Source: Rhynchopus sp. YZ270_cl-10 (taxonomy: Eukaryota). From it: a stretch of DNA of 64,000 nt. The stretch lies in contig OZ037842.1 of assembly GCA_964035575.1 (NCBI GenBank), positions 1,426,001 to 1,490,000 on the forward strand. Direction: 5' to 3'. Both the position numbers and the translations under genes were made by a program. The notes under the pieces are model-generated. The model made no database searches. It was given only the letters and a program-made list of their open reading frames with translations, and had not been told where the DNA came from. Below are positions 37,536 through 49,599 of this stretch, one piece after another. How positions within the stretch are numbered: the stretch's first letter is position 1; the number at the start of each line of letters is the position of its first letter.

Positions 37536-38102
37536 AATGGATATGAGTTGATGCTCAAAAAAAAAGAAGGTGAAAGAGATCTCAAAAAAATTGTCTGGAA
37601 AAGGACAGAATGTACACAAAAAAAACGAAAAAAAATTCTTCGGGCGACATTGAGTGCAGATCCTGTACGAGCAGGTGATTGTCGACACAACAAAAAAAGC
37701 GATACCCCTTTTTTTTACATTTCAGCAAAGATTGCGACGCCCTTTGCGAAGCCCTTTTCTCTGCAGTGCAGTGCGCCACAAGAAACGCGTCGTGCTCCTC
37801 CTGCAGCACACTGTGTTCTAAGCGGAAAAAAATCAGATGTTCCACACGATACTCAAATCATTATCAATAATGCAGAAATCAGCGCAGGTCGTTTGTTCAC
37901 TGCGGGGGTTTCCTGAACCTCGGAAACTTCCAACCTTAAAAGATGAATGACTCAAAGAGTGTATTCAGATTGCAAAAGAACACTACGACCTTTCGGTTCA
38001 CATTTTTTTTTTGTCTATTTTTTTCTTCTCCACGACCCTCCCCCTCCCTCCCTTCCTCTCCATTTCTCCCCCAATTTCACTATAGAATTAATAAAAGATA
38101 CA

Positions 38103-39062
38103 ATGACGGAGGTGTCTGTGGTTTGCACTGGAGATGTGGAACGGGCGGAGGTGGAAGCGATGACACGGATGCCCGGGTTTGAGCGTCTGAGCGACCCTGC
38201 GGGGAAGATGGTGGGGCGGCGGTGGTGTGCGGTGTACAGCTCTCCGGTGGCTGCCGACATGGCAGTGTTTGCTGTGAACGGGCGGGGCTCGCGGGCGGGG
38301 TTTTTGTTCCAGGCTTCAAGGGGAGCGAGGAGTGTACAGAGTACCGCCCCTGCCTCACAGATGAACGACATCGATGACATTGACGCCCTCCCCACCGGCC
38401 CCACCTCCTCCGCCACCCAACCCCAAGATGCTGCAGCTGCACTCAGAGAAATGCTGCAAGGCTCCTCCCGCCTCCCCGCCTTCTCCACCCCACCCCCTCT
38501 TCCCTCCAAACCTGTCCGCAAACCTCTCAAAAAGCGTGCCACAAAACCGCGTGCACAGCATCTCCTGCATATCCCGCCGCCCTCTGTGTTGCGTAACCCA
38601 AGAACTCATCTTCCAGCGAAAATGTCGTTCAAAGCGTTGAGAGAGTTGAATTCTGGGTATCAGTACTTTCATGTACGGAGTGGCAGGGATAAGGCGGCGT
38701 TTGTATTGGGGAAGACTGTGAGGTTGGATGACGCGAATAAGGCTCATGTTAAGGTGTGGGAGCCCGAGGGTGAGGGGACCACAGCAGTCCAGATGCTCAC
38801 CTCCGTCGGTGTACGGTGGGGGGAGACACGCCCTGCCATGGCCGAGATCAAGAAGGCAGTTATCAAGAAAACAGCGCTTCTCAAATGCGACGTACGCATA
38901 CCAAAGCGTGTCGCCGTGCTCTCGTTCAAAACGCAAGCCCACGCCCAAGCCGGCCTCGACGCACTCAACGCCCTCAAGAACAAATCCCCGACCCCCGAAA
39001 CCCAACCCTCCTTCGAGCTGCTCTCAGAAGAGCGTGTCACTCTTTTTATCAAAGGTGAGTGA
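38103..39062 (+). CDS. Hypothetical protein with RRM-like segments
   Basis: PGFERL...WCAVYSSPVAADMAVFAVNG and VAVLSFKTQAHAQAGLDAL resemble RNP1 plus helix; the 3' end may splice at GTGAGT 39055. Confidence 0.55.
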   Translation: MTEVSVVCTGDVERAEVEAMTRMPGFERLSDPAGKMVGRRWCAVYSSPVAADMAVFAVNGRGSRAGFLFQASRGARSVQSTAPASQMNDIDDIDALPTGPTSSATQPQDAAAALREMLQGSSRLPAFSTPPPLPSKPVRKPLKKRATKPRAQHLLHIPPPSVLRNPRTHLPAKMSFKALRELNSGYQYFHVRSGRDKAAFVLGKTVRLDDANKAHVKVWEPEGEGTTAVQMLTSVGVRWGETRPAMAEIKKAVIKKTALLKCDVRIPKRVAVLSFKTQAHAQAGLDALNALKNKSPTPETQPSFELLSEERVTLFIKGE

Positions 39063-39326
39063 AAAGATGAAAAAAATATTGGATATTTGAGGTGGTTTTA
39101 TTTCAACTTTTTTTTTTGTCACCCTCTGGAGTTCGATAACCCGGAGATCTAGTGCATCCACTCCACCCCCGTAGGTGGTTTGCACTGTCAAACTTCTCGT
39201 GACCGTTGTTCCTCTTGGTGGGTTGTCATTTTTTTAGTACATTATACCTTCTATTCAGTAGAATAGTTAGTATATGAAACAATTAGTACAGAACCCACGA
39301 TTTTTTGATACAAAAGAAGAAAAAAA

Positions 39327-39687
39327 ATGGGGTTCAAAAAGGAGGTACGTTGCTTCCAAAAGAAATTGGGGTGGGGTGGTGGGGTGGGAATTGGGTGGGG
39401 TGGGGGTGGGTTTTGAAGGGGTTGAGGGTAAGGAGATAATAGGTTAAAAGAAACTGAGGGGGGGATCAAATCGTTTTGAAAATGCTTTCCCCCCTCCCTC
39501 CTTTCCCCTCAACAAAACCCCACACCAACCAACACAGAATACCTCAAACTACACTACACAGACCCCCATGCCTCCTCCAGGACCTGGACCAGTGAAGGGA
39601 CCTGGACCCGGCCCAGGGCCTAAGGGGCCTGTAGGACCTGGTCCGAAGGGACCCGGCCCGAAAGGCCCCGTGCCGCCACCTCCTTGA
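39327..39687 (+). CDS. 47-aa Pro/Gly-rich micro-protein; exons 39327-39344 and 39562-39687
   Basis: ATGGGGTTCAAAAAGGAG|gtacgt...acacag|ACCCCCATG gives MGFKKETPMPPPGPGPVKGPGPGPGPKGPVGPGPKGPGPKGPVPPPP; third codon positions vary across Gly-Pro repeats. Confidence 0.6.
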
Positions 39688-40416
39688 TGCAAATTTGTGT
39701 GGAAGGAGATGAGACTACGATTCAGATTTAACACATTTTTTTTAAAGACGCTTAGCTTTGAAAATATCTGAGGTGATGTTAAGCTGTGAGGCGGGATGTT
39801 TCCTTGAAGAAGAAGTACCGTATTCGTAAAAATTATCGTAAAAATGTTCGATTGCGGTTTATTGTCCCACCTCATAGGTGCTGATCCGAATGTCATTTTG
39901 AGGCATCTTTATTCATTCGTTCAATTGGTCCATTTGTTCTTATTGCGAGTGTTGAAGAGCAGAACATCCTTTTTTGGGGCAATCTGCTTTTCCCCCCAAA
40001 AACCAACCATTTTTTATACAAAACCATACAATACAAAAGGTGTTTGGCGTAACGCTTCTCAGGAGGCAAACAGATATACGTACGATACCCTTATACATAG
40101 CCACATCGTTGCCACAGCCGAGGCGGGGGGGTGAAGACCTCCGTGCCTTTTTTGGTTGTTGATACTTTGCGGGGGGAAATATGTGTGTGCACAGTGAGGC
40201 ACATCCATACCCACAGACTTATCTTGTTTTTGTTGTTCTTTGTGTGCTTTGAATTTGCTGTTCTTGGTCTGGCTGTTTGATTTGCCAGGCACAGATTATA
40301 TCCGACTAAGACTCATCCTCTCACATCTTTTGCTTGAAAGCGCCTCTGACCCATTCTCGACCCTCACTACAGTGAATACTTCTTAACACACAACAAACAA
40401 AACCAAAAAAAAAAAA

Positions 40417-41517
40417 ATGGCACCTACACCATGGATCGCTGAGTACCTGTGGGTGAGCGGAGCAAACACGTACACGGACCTGCGGTCGAAGTACAAGACC
40501 GTGACGAACGTGTCGATTGAGAAGGCGACTGTGAAGGACATGTCGGTGTGGAACTTCGATGGTTCCTCGACCAACCAGCACCGTGGAGACAACACGGAGA
40601 TCATCATCCACCCTGTGGCGATGTTCCCCCACCCCACGCTTGAGAACGCAAAGGCGGTGCTGTGCGAGTGCTTCTACCCCGACGGCACCCCGGAGAAGGG
40701 AAACACGCGTAACGTCGCAAACAAGGTGTTCGAGGAGCACAAGGAGGACGAGCCCTGGTTCGGGCTTGAGCAGGAGTACTTCATCTACAAGAACGGCAAG
40801 CCCTACATGTGGCCCGAGAACGGCTTCCCCGCCCCCCAGGGCGACTACTACTGCGCGAACGGCGCACAGGTGTGCGGCAGAGAGCTTGCCCTCGAGCACT
40901 ACCTGGCCTGCCTTAGGTGCAACCTGAAGATCTCTGGTGTCAACGCCGAGGTTGCCCCTTCCCAGTGGGAGTTCCAGATCGGACCCTGCACCGGCATTGA
41001 GCAGGGTGACCACATGGTCATGGCACGCTGGATCTTCCAGAAGATCGCAGAGAAGTACGGACTCTCCATCAACTACGAGCCGAAGCCTATCAAGGGCGAC
41101 TGGAACGGATCGGGCTGCCACATGAACTTCTCGACGAAGGCGATGCGTGAGGAGGGCGGCATGAAGGAGATCACTGCTGCGTGCGAGCGTTTGAAGAAGA
41201 CGTTCCTGGACGACGTGAAGTTCTACGGAGGCGACAACCTGGAGCGCATGACTGGCGCACACGAAACCTCGAAGCTGAGCGAGTTCACCTACGGAGTGGG
41301 CACCCGCCACACATCGTGCCGTATTGGCAACGACGTTGCTCGCGACGGAAAGGGATACTTCGAGGACCGCCGCCCTGCATCGAACATCGACCCCTACGTC
41401 GCCACCGCGCGTCTGTACGCATCGTCGATGGGCTACGACGGACCGTCCCCGGACATCCTTGAGAAGCAGGCCTGGTGGGACGAGAACGCGCGTGAGGCGG
41501 CAGAGAACGCAAAATAG
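40417..41517 (+). CDS. GLUL: Glutamine synthetase type II
   Basis: AEYLW, WNFDGSST, PWFGLEQEY, GVNAEVAPSQWEFQIGP, GDWNGSGCHMNFST, RMTGAHET, YFEDRRPASNIDPY; strong C/G third-position bias. Confidence 0.98.
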   Translation: MAPTPWIAEYLWVSGANTYTDLRSKYKTVTNVSIEKATVKDMSVWNFDGSSTNQHRGDNTEIIIHPVAMFPHPTLENAKAVLCECFYPDGTPEKGNTRNVANKVFEEHKEDEPWFGLEQEYFIYKNGKPYMWPENGFPAPQGDYYCANGAQVCGRELALEHYLACLRCNLKISGVNAEVAPSQWEFQIGPCTGIEQGDHMVMARWIFQKIAEKYGLSINYEPKPIKGDWNGSGCHMNFSTKAMREEGGMKEITAACERLKKTFLDDVKFYGGDNLERMTGAHETSKLSEFTYGVGTRHTSCRIGNDVARDGKGYFEDRRPASNIDPYVATARLYASSMGYDGPSPDILEKQAWWDENAREAAENAK

Positions 41518-42727
41518 AACAACCGCACAAAAAGCGTTTTCCGACCCTAGATTTCCCTCCAGAAGCCCCGAACCTAACACCACGTCCCGCCCCTTTCCTC
41601 GCGCGTTTACACATAATCCGCAAGTCCGTTCCCCGCTGCCACGCCCCCCTCCCCCCACCCCAGACTGCATGCCCTTTATGAGGAGGCCCAAAAAGTTAGA
41701 TGAAAAATGCCGTTTTTTGCTGCAACAGAATGTACAAATTGTCTCTGGCAATTTTATTAGGTCACAGGAAGGAAAGGATACGATTTTTATAATTTTTTGT
41801 CAATTTATATGATTTTTTTTTTGTTCGGTCGCTTTTTTTTTTGCTGTTTTATTTCTTTATTCTTTTTGGAGACGAGGGGGGGGTGTTTGCTGAGAGATGG
41901 AATGGTTCACATTCGTTCTCTGTTTGGGTTGTTGTACCAAGTGGCTGTGTGTACGTTTAGAAAATGTTATCCCGCCGCAACACATTCGTGTGTTTGGGTT
42001 GCATTCTTCTAGATCCACAAAAACAAAAGGTCTCGCTCTTACAGGCTTTCTCAAGTATCACCCCTTTTTTTACTCTCGGTCTTCACGGTCCGAACCCCCT
42101 ATCAGTTTTTCGTGCAGGTTGGCTGCCGATCCGAGGTGGTGTGACTTTTATACATCTCCGCTCTATCCATGGTTTTCTTTTTGTGGATGTGGGGGGAAAG
42201 AGAAAAAAATGCCCTGTGTTTCTCAGGATGTCAGAGAAAGAGCGCAAACGTCCGTATTAGAAACTATCCTACTTTTTTTTTTGTTTTTTGGAAGAAAAAA
42301 TATAGGAAAAAAAGAACGACTTGTAAGACGAGGGTACAAAAAAATATGAAAAAATACTGCCCCCCTTTTTTCAGCAAGGTTCAACGATACAGCGTGCTTG
42401 CTATAAACGATAGGGTAAAAGGTGTACATACGAAGCCCTTTTCCAACTCAGGCGCTCTTCTGTCGTAGCCTATCCGAAACCTCGTGAACTTCCTACCCTC
42501 TCCCCCTCTCCCCCTCATCCCACCCACAACTTCCACAGGCAGACTTTAACACATCTGCGGGTCCATTGAATTGGTGCCTCGCTTTTGAGTGCTACTTTTA
42601 GTTTATTTCCCCCCACCCATTCGCCGCGGTGGGATCAGCGTACCAGGGAGGGACGTGGAGACCCCTTAAGGTGTCTTTGTAAGAGTTCCTGCTCCCCCTC
42701 CCCCCCCTCGCCCCCACGCCACTGTGC

Positions 42728-44410
42728 ATGTATATCCAGCCTCAAAGACACCACGCGCACAGCAACGCCGGTGGTGCGGGACAGGCAGTGGACACAGCCA
42801 ACCCAGCCACCGCCCCCGCAGCAGGAAGGTTCCACTATCGCAGCTCTGACGGAGGAAGCGACACGATGTATGACCTTTTTTTTTTCTCTCTTTTTCCCCC
42901 AACCTACAAATCCCCGATTATTCTCCACTTTTTCTCAGGTCTCAAGTAAGCGACAGCAGTGCCCCCTCCGCGCATACACAGCAGGTCAACAACTTGGTTG
43001 ACTATGTTGTGGATTCACTTTGTTTTGGTGAGAGTGCGCACTTCTTTGGGACTACGTACAAGGCGTATACGAGCAGCCAGCTCTCCACGCAACACGTACA
43101 CGAACGAGAGCAGGCCGAGAGAATAGAAAAGGCGTTTGGCGCGAAGTGGCAGGACGGCCCGCCCAACGGCGACGCAGCACCCGCTGCCCACGGTGCTGGG
43201 TACCCTGTACGCCACACACAGCCAAGCCAGCCCGTAGGCAATGCCTCCGGTGTAGCTGCCGTCACCGCCCAGGCATTCGCATCACTCTCCCTCTCACCCG
43301 ACCGTGCACAGACCTTGGTCCAAGCGGTGAACAAACTCAACATGAGAAAGGTCACGCACGAACGCACCCCAGAGTCGATTCAGGGTCTGCAGGACAGTAC
43401 GTTGATAGAAGAGAAGCGTGCGTTGAAACAGGGGCTGCGTAACTTTGATGGTTTGTTTGAGCGGGTGACCGGGCGTGCGCCGGAGAAGGCGGACAAAGAG
43501 CCGCTTCGCACGGTGTACGCATACTACAAGGAGTTGAAGAAGGAGATCACACAGCGTGGTGCGACACAGCCGAATATGATTGCGGACATGGACGACGATC
43601 TGCCCCTCCCACCGCAGGCAGCACACCGTGCAGCGTACTCAGGACCGGGGTCTGCGCCACAGCAGCCAGGTGTGGGTGGTGGTGGAGACCACCGTAACGG
43701 TGCCGGCAGCGCAAATGAGTACGGCACAGGCCAGCAGCAGCAGCAGCACTTCACGCAGCAACGCCCCGGCCCCCTTGCGCACGTCCAGAGCACAAACTTT
43801 TCGGCGGAAGAAATTGACGCATTGCGGGCAGAGAAAAAGTATGGTTAGAGTGGATGGGGATGGGGAGACCTATGCAACCGTTGTGAGGTTTTTCCTTTCA
43901 GTACATTGCTCTTTTAACCTACGGGACCACCATTTTGTCTTTCCATCAACATCGATGGCAACAGTTCAAGTAGAATCCACTTTGGTCCTTTTCCATAAGG
44001 GTTAGTGGCAACTAAGGTTTTATGCTAAGCTTCACAATGCTACTCTTTTTTTCAACGTATTTTCTCTCAGATTGATCAAACGGAAGCTCTTCGACTTCAT
44101 GAATAGATTCAAAGAACAGCACGGGAGGGAGGTGCGAACCAAGGAGGACAGAGCACCGTTTGCTGCAGACTATGACAGGTATTCCACAAAGCCTTTTCAT
44201 ATTAGTACCTACCCCTCATCGATCACGACGAAGCACGCGAGGCTTCCCCACCCCCCTGCCCCTCTAAACTTTTCCAATAACTGTCCGCCGTACGGTGAGA
44301 CGTTTGCATTTTCCACTTATTTGTGTTTGTCTCAATCATTCTTTCAACCCCATAACAGATACCGACACCTAAAGAACGTTCTTCAAGCTGTAGACGGGGC
44401 AGGTAACTAA
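42728..44410 (+). CDS. FAM13-like C-terminal domain protein; exons 42728-42867, 42939-43838, 44071-44178, 44359-44410
   Basis: Two copies of EK..LK..L..F...F....GR......D..P....Y..YK.LK, the second assembled by splicing; three GT-AG introns keep frame. Confidence 0.75.
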
Positions 44411-45180
44411 GGCAATAAACGCACACAACCTGAACCTAAGCAGGTAGGTGGCACGATAGGGGGGAGGGAGGGGAGTCGGGGCTTTCCGAGATAAAGAGGG
44501 ACTCCTGTGGTCATCTTACGAGGTTCCTTTCATTATGGTGACTCAGCACACGAGAGGCTTTGTAATCATCTTTGTGAACCGGTCTTTATTTTTTGCCAAA
44601 AAGAAGAGAAAAAAATGGGCCGTCGAGTCCGGTCTGTGCATAGGAACTGATGATGTCCACCACCGTGTGATAAAAAATATGCAGTTTTCACCCCTTTGCA
44701 AATGAGTTTTATTAAAAAGGCGAAGGTTGTTCACGTTTTCCCCCTTTTTTTGAATTCCCTCCCCCAAAAAAAAATGTGGAGCACATCCTCGGGTGTCTGC
44801 ACTGATACAAAATTTTTCAAAAAAAAGAAAATAAAAAAAAGTTTATACAAATTATGTTCACACACAATCCCCCAACTAGAGTTTTGCATTTTTCCGTTTC
44901 CTATTAGGTTGATATGTTTCGTCAAAAAAAAGGGGGTTTTCCCCTCAACCGCGTTCTGGCTGAAAGGGAGGGGGGGTGGGGGGGACCGTTCGTGGAAGCG
45001 TTGACGCTTCCACACACACTATCTCTCACCTGTTGGGTGGTGGTGTTGCGGAGCACGGTTGAGTGAACGACGTGACACTTTCCGCTCACAAAGTAGTGTG
45101 CGTTTAAAAAAAAACAATGGGTCGTGTGTAGCATGTAGGCCTGTTATATTTACATTGTATTATGAAAAATGGTTGGAATA

Positions 45181-45284
45181 CAGTTGGACAAAGAGAAACT
45201 TGGCGACCAAATAATATTGGCGAATTTTGGAGGTTTTCTTGCAATTGGCGACTTTTTTGGTCGCCAATATTACTTGTCCAACTG
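45181..45284. mobile_element. Tc1/mariner-type MITE (CAGT ends, TA TSD)
   Basis: TA|cagttggacaa...ttggcgaccaaa ... tttggtcgccaa...ttgtccaactg|TA. Confidence 0.8.
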
Positions 45285-47022
45285 TAGTGTAGTTGCCACA
45301 TGCGCAAGCACCACTGTCGTTTTAGGTGCCTAAGCAAGCCGAGAGGCTTAGTCTCCTCATTTTACCAACTTTTCAAAGATAGCTGATTATCTCCCAATGA
45401 TTTTTTTTTGTACACCCATTCGAGTTGCATTGTTAAAACTTCAATTTGTTTTGGAGGAGGGGTGCCTTGTGTTCTTAACGAGCAGGGATATGCGACCCTC
45501 TTAAGTTGTGTTTTCATTTTTTTGATCTTTTTTTTTCCGTCACAAAAAAAAAAATCCACTTTCTTCACTCCGAAAGTGCGAAAAAAATAATACTAAAATT
45601 GCTCGAAGAAGTGGGGTGGGTGGGTTGGGTTTTTAATACTTTAAATAGCGAGTCACGATCTGACCCTGTTACCTGAGGGCTCTCCGTCGCAACACGAAAT
45701 GTGGGGAAAGAAAGTTATCGTGTATGATTGAAGAACAGGTAGCTAGACAAGCATGAGGCTTTTACGGTCATCTTACCTTCTTTTCTTTTTTTTTTATTTT
45801 TTTTTTTATGAAATGTGGACGAGAGGCTTTCTCTTTCGAGTTTTCTTCTTTTATAAAACGCCTCCTTTCTTTTAGATGCAAAGAGAGCGAGGCTGAGTGT
45901 GTAAAACAATGGGTCGTGGGGGGGGATCGGGAAGGGGGCGAAGAACGCTTTCGTGTCTCGAGAAACACATTCATCCTTTCAAATTGTCTATTATTAAGGG
46001 TACTGAGCACGGACTGAGAGGCTTAGGTTATCCAAAAAAGAATTTTTCTTTTGTCTTTTTTTGTGTGCAGTAGAGCAGGGGCTTATATAGGTTTTGGGGG
46101 CTTTCGTTGAATCCTGGTCGAGCCCAGCTCAAGTTGGGGGCCTCCGGCGGAATGTGGATTGATGATGAGTGACGCTGAAGGTGCAAACGCCTCTACGGGC
46201 GCAGAATTCCTCGGTTATCCAACTGCAGAGTTCGGCACTTCATTGATATTAGCACCAGGCGCACGTGGCACACAAATTATCAGTAACCTCAGATTTACAA
46301 TAAACGGCGGTCATGACACCGAAATATTCCTGGCGAAGCCACGGTACGCAACCTTTCTAAAAATTGCGCTTAAAAATTGCACTTTGTTACTGCCAAACTA
46401 TGTCATGGGAGGGGTGTGTTGCAAGCTTGCGCCGCAGGCGCACAGTACGCTACTTTTTTGGACTCAGAGAGGTTTCCTCTTCACTGCCAGGTAGTCAGTG
46501 GGAGCGTATTGCCATGCTGCAGGCTTCCTTTTCCTTCGGCGTTTGACCAATTGATGCGTTCTGGCTGTGACGGGGTCACTTTGTTCATTCCCCCCTATAT
46601 AAGCCCCTGCAGTAGAGCTTGGGAGCATTGGTCCACAAAAAACATAAAAAGGCCGACCTCTTTAGGTGGGCCTACCCAGTCCCCTTATTTCCCTCCTTAT
46701 TTTCTCCGTTCCCTCTCCTCTCCTCTCCTCCCCTCCACACCATATGTGTGCTTTTTTCTCTTTGCGCCAAAAAATCACATATTTTGAAGAAAAAAAAAAT
46801 TCCCCCATATTTTTTGAGCTCGACCGAGCTGCGTTTCAACTACTTTTTTTTTTACACCTTCTCCTCTGTTGTTGGCCGCAGGGTACTTATACTTTCATCC
46901 AGGCTGGCAGAGTATGTAGGTCAGTCGGAGGTCCTCCATCAACACATTTTTTCGAGAAAAAAACCCTCTACTTTACCCCCTTTCAAACCTTTTTCAGAGC
47001 TTTAGCTTTTTTTTACACAAAA

Positions 47023-48240
47023 ATGAGACATTTACTCCTTCTTGGATTAATTAAAATATGCGATGTTTCAACTGCAGCGAACACCTGCAAAATGGAGGAT
47101 TTGCCCTCAGATTACCCAACCCCCAGTGTTCAGACGGAGGCGCTTATTATTGCGGCACGAAAAGGGGATTTAAAAATGGCACATCAACTGCAGAAGGGTG
47201 GAGCAGTGTTGGATGAGCGGAATGAAGATGGGGAAGACGCGCTGATGGTTGCTGCGAGACGAGGGAGGTTTTCTTTTGCAAGGTTTCTGGTGCGTGCGGG
47301 GGTTGGCATGGAGGGAAAGGATAGATTAGGCCGCACCGCGTTAATGCACGCTGTGATGAGCGACGAGGCAACCACTGTCGACGTTCTAATCGATCTCGGC
47401 GCGTCCACCTCCGTTTCAGATATCGACAACTGCACTCCGCTCCTTCTTGCCGCAAAAATGAATTCTACCGACGCCCTAGAAGTTCTTTTATCCCAAGAAG
47501 ACGTCATCCCTACCATCCTATCCAACAAAGATTCGCACGGAATGACCGCTCTCCACTACACCTCGCGTACTGCGAATTTTGACGCCACCCAGCTCCTCCT
47601 CGATGCCTCTGGGGCATCTGGAATTTCAGTTGGAGACAACTACGATAGAACTCCCCTTATGCTTGCTTCTGGGGTAGGCGCCGATCGGATTGTCAACCTT
47701 TTTTTAAAACTGCATAAAGGAATACTACAATATGACGCGGATTTTCGAACCGCATTGATGTATGCAGTGCTCGATAGACACAATGAAGTTGCATTGATGC
47801 TTCTCAATGCAGGAAGTATAGTGGGCATGAAAGATGCGGAGGGGCGAACCGCAGTCATGATGGCAGCTGTGACATGCAATGTGGAGCTTTTCCTGGTATT
47901 GCTGGAGGCCTCGGAGGGTAGTGGTGAGGCCACAGTATGGGGTGTGGACACTGCACAGCGGTCGATCGTTCATCTCCTCGCAGAGGAAGGCTGTATCACC
48001 CTTCTGCGTGTCCTCAAGAAACAGCGCCATATCGTCTTCAAATCGTTTCTCAACGAAAAGGACGCAGGAGGGGTGACGCCGCTCATGGCAGCGAGCGCAA
48101 AGGGGCGGGTCAAAACGGTGTTGTTCCTCCATAGAGAAGAGGCTGATGTGACTGTGCGGAATGTGGCAGGGGAGACAGCGTACGATGTAGCGGTTGGCGC
48201 GAAGATGCTTAAAACTGCTGAAGCGATAAAGGCGTTGTGA
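47023..48240 (+). CDS. Ankyrin repeat protein with putative signal peptide
   Basis: MRHLLLLGLIKICDVSTA start, then about 10 G.T(A/P)L(M/H).A ankyrin motifs. Confidence 0.88.
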   Translation: MRHLLLLGLIKICDVSTAANTCKMEDLPSDYPTPSVQTEALIIAARKGDLKMAHQLQKGGAVLDERNEDGEDALMVAARRGRFSFARFLVRAGVGMEGKDRLGRTALMHAVMSDEATTVDVLIDLGASTSVSDIDNCTPLLLAAKMNSTDALEVLLSQEDVIPTILSNKDSHGMTALHYTSRTANFDATQLLLDASGASGISVGDNYDRTPLMLASGVGADRIVNLFLKLHKGILQYDADFRTALMYAVLDRHNEVALMLLNAGSIVGMKDAEGRTAVMMAAVTCNVELFLVLLEASEGSGEATVWGVDTAQRSIVHLLAEEGCITLLRVLKKQRHIVFKSFLNEKDAGGVTPLMAASAKGRVKTVLFLHREEADVTVRNVAGETAYDVAVGAKMLKTAEAIKAL

Positions 48241-48415
48241 AGTGAAAAGAAAAGGGGTGTGGGGTTATTAGAGATGTATTGTTGTTGAATTTAAAAATGG
48301 AAAAATAGAAAAAGAATTGCCGTTTTTAGAGATTCTGCGTCCCAAAGATTCGCAAAGGTCCGCACACACACCTTGCAGATATATTTCCCTTACACGTTAC
48401 ACTATTTTCAATAAG

Positions 48416-49204
48416 ATGCCGCTTTTGCAGAAGGGTCTCGTATTGGCGTCGTTCGTGGCCATCAGCAACGCAGCAGTTGCTACAGTGAGTGTGGAAGGGC
48501 CCCCTCCTCTTGGAGCTTCTGCGCAGGGAGTCTCTGCGTCCCTGCCGATCCACCTGGAGTTTTTGTCCTCAGCGGGCAACCCTGCCTGGCCAGACATCAG
48601 CGCACCGACAGTCGTGCCCGGTGCACGTCTGCAGGACCCACCAGCACACCTGCGCCTGCTCCCAACAACGCTGTCGAACTGGGACCTTCCTGCAGGGACG
48701 GAGGTGACGTATTCGTGCCCGAACGAACCTTCCCTGATTGATGTGTGCGACGCATGGGTGTTCTTCTACGCATGCCCGCAGAGCTGTGTGCGCACGTACC
48801 AGGGTGGCCTCCCAGGACTGCTCGCAGTGACCCCAGGATGGGAGAGGACGCAGTGCGCACCACGCTTCACAACTGGCGCACCCGGCACCTCGTTCGTGCA
48901 CCCGATGGGGAGCTTCAGGAAGCAGCTTGCACCAGGAACATCGACGACGTTCACACTCCCTGCCAACGCAGAGTTTGTTGCCTTTGGTATTGACAAGGAC
49001 GGTGTGGACTGCACGCAGCACCTCACTGTTGGCGCATGCCCTGTTGCGGGAGGACGCTGCACCTGGGACGGATCCTCTTGCAAGAACAACAACTGCCAGG
49101 GCAGGTACGGCCCACCACCGCCGTGCACTGAGTGCCCGTGGGAGGGGCTTGTGTCGCGCGCTCCGTCTGACGGTCCCTTCACCGGCCAGATTGCAAGACG
49201 CTAA
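48416..49204 (+). CDS. Putative secreted cysteine-rich protein
   Basis: Signal-like MPLLQKGLVLASFVAISNA; many Cys, C-terminal C..CP....CTWDG..C motif; coding-like codon usage. Confidence 0.7.
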   Translation: MPLLQKGLVLASFVAISNAAVATVSVEGPPPLGASAQGVSASLPIHLEFLSSAGNPAWPDISAPTVVPGARLQDPPAHLRLLPTTLSNWDLPAGTEVTYSCPNEPSLIDVCDAWVFFYACPQSCVRTYQGGLPGLLAVTPGWERTQCAPRFTTGAPGTSFVHPMGSFRKQLAPGTSTTFTLPANAEFVAFGIDKDGVDCTQHLTVGACPVAGGRCTWDGSSCKNNNCQGRYGPPPPCTECPWEGLVSRAPSDGPFTGQIARR

Positions 49205-49599
49205 ACGTCTCTTGACAAAGAGACGCAAGACACCTCTCCACGACAATACACGACATCCCTGTTCCGCTCCCTCTGCCTACGGACACGTAGAGTAGAGCTG
49301 ACCGAACAACCCCGCCACCCGAGACCCGTCCTCTCTGTCTCTGGGTTCTTATTCTTTGATAACCAAACATCCCTCATAGCGGCGTCCTCATGCATCGATG
49401 TTACGATGCCGTGCACACCCCCCAGCTTGTGTTCCCTTGAATGTTTGCTTTCTGCAAATCAACACCAAAACACGACATCTCTACCATTGTCTTTGACACC
49501 CCAGCCCTGCCAAAACGCAACCCCCCTCTCACTCATTTCTCACCCCAACACCACATTCACAGTTGGGGTTCTCTTTTATTTGTTTCATTGCATGTAATA

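Noticed and set aside
40321..41751. 476-aa antisense ORF over glutamine synthetase
   Set aside because: Expected shadow of strong codon bias in the sense gene; no recognisable motifs.
46159..46620. Possible degenerate coding segment
   Set aside because: No recognisable domain in any frame I could read.
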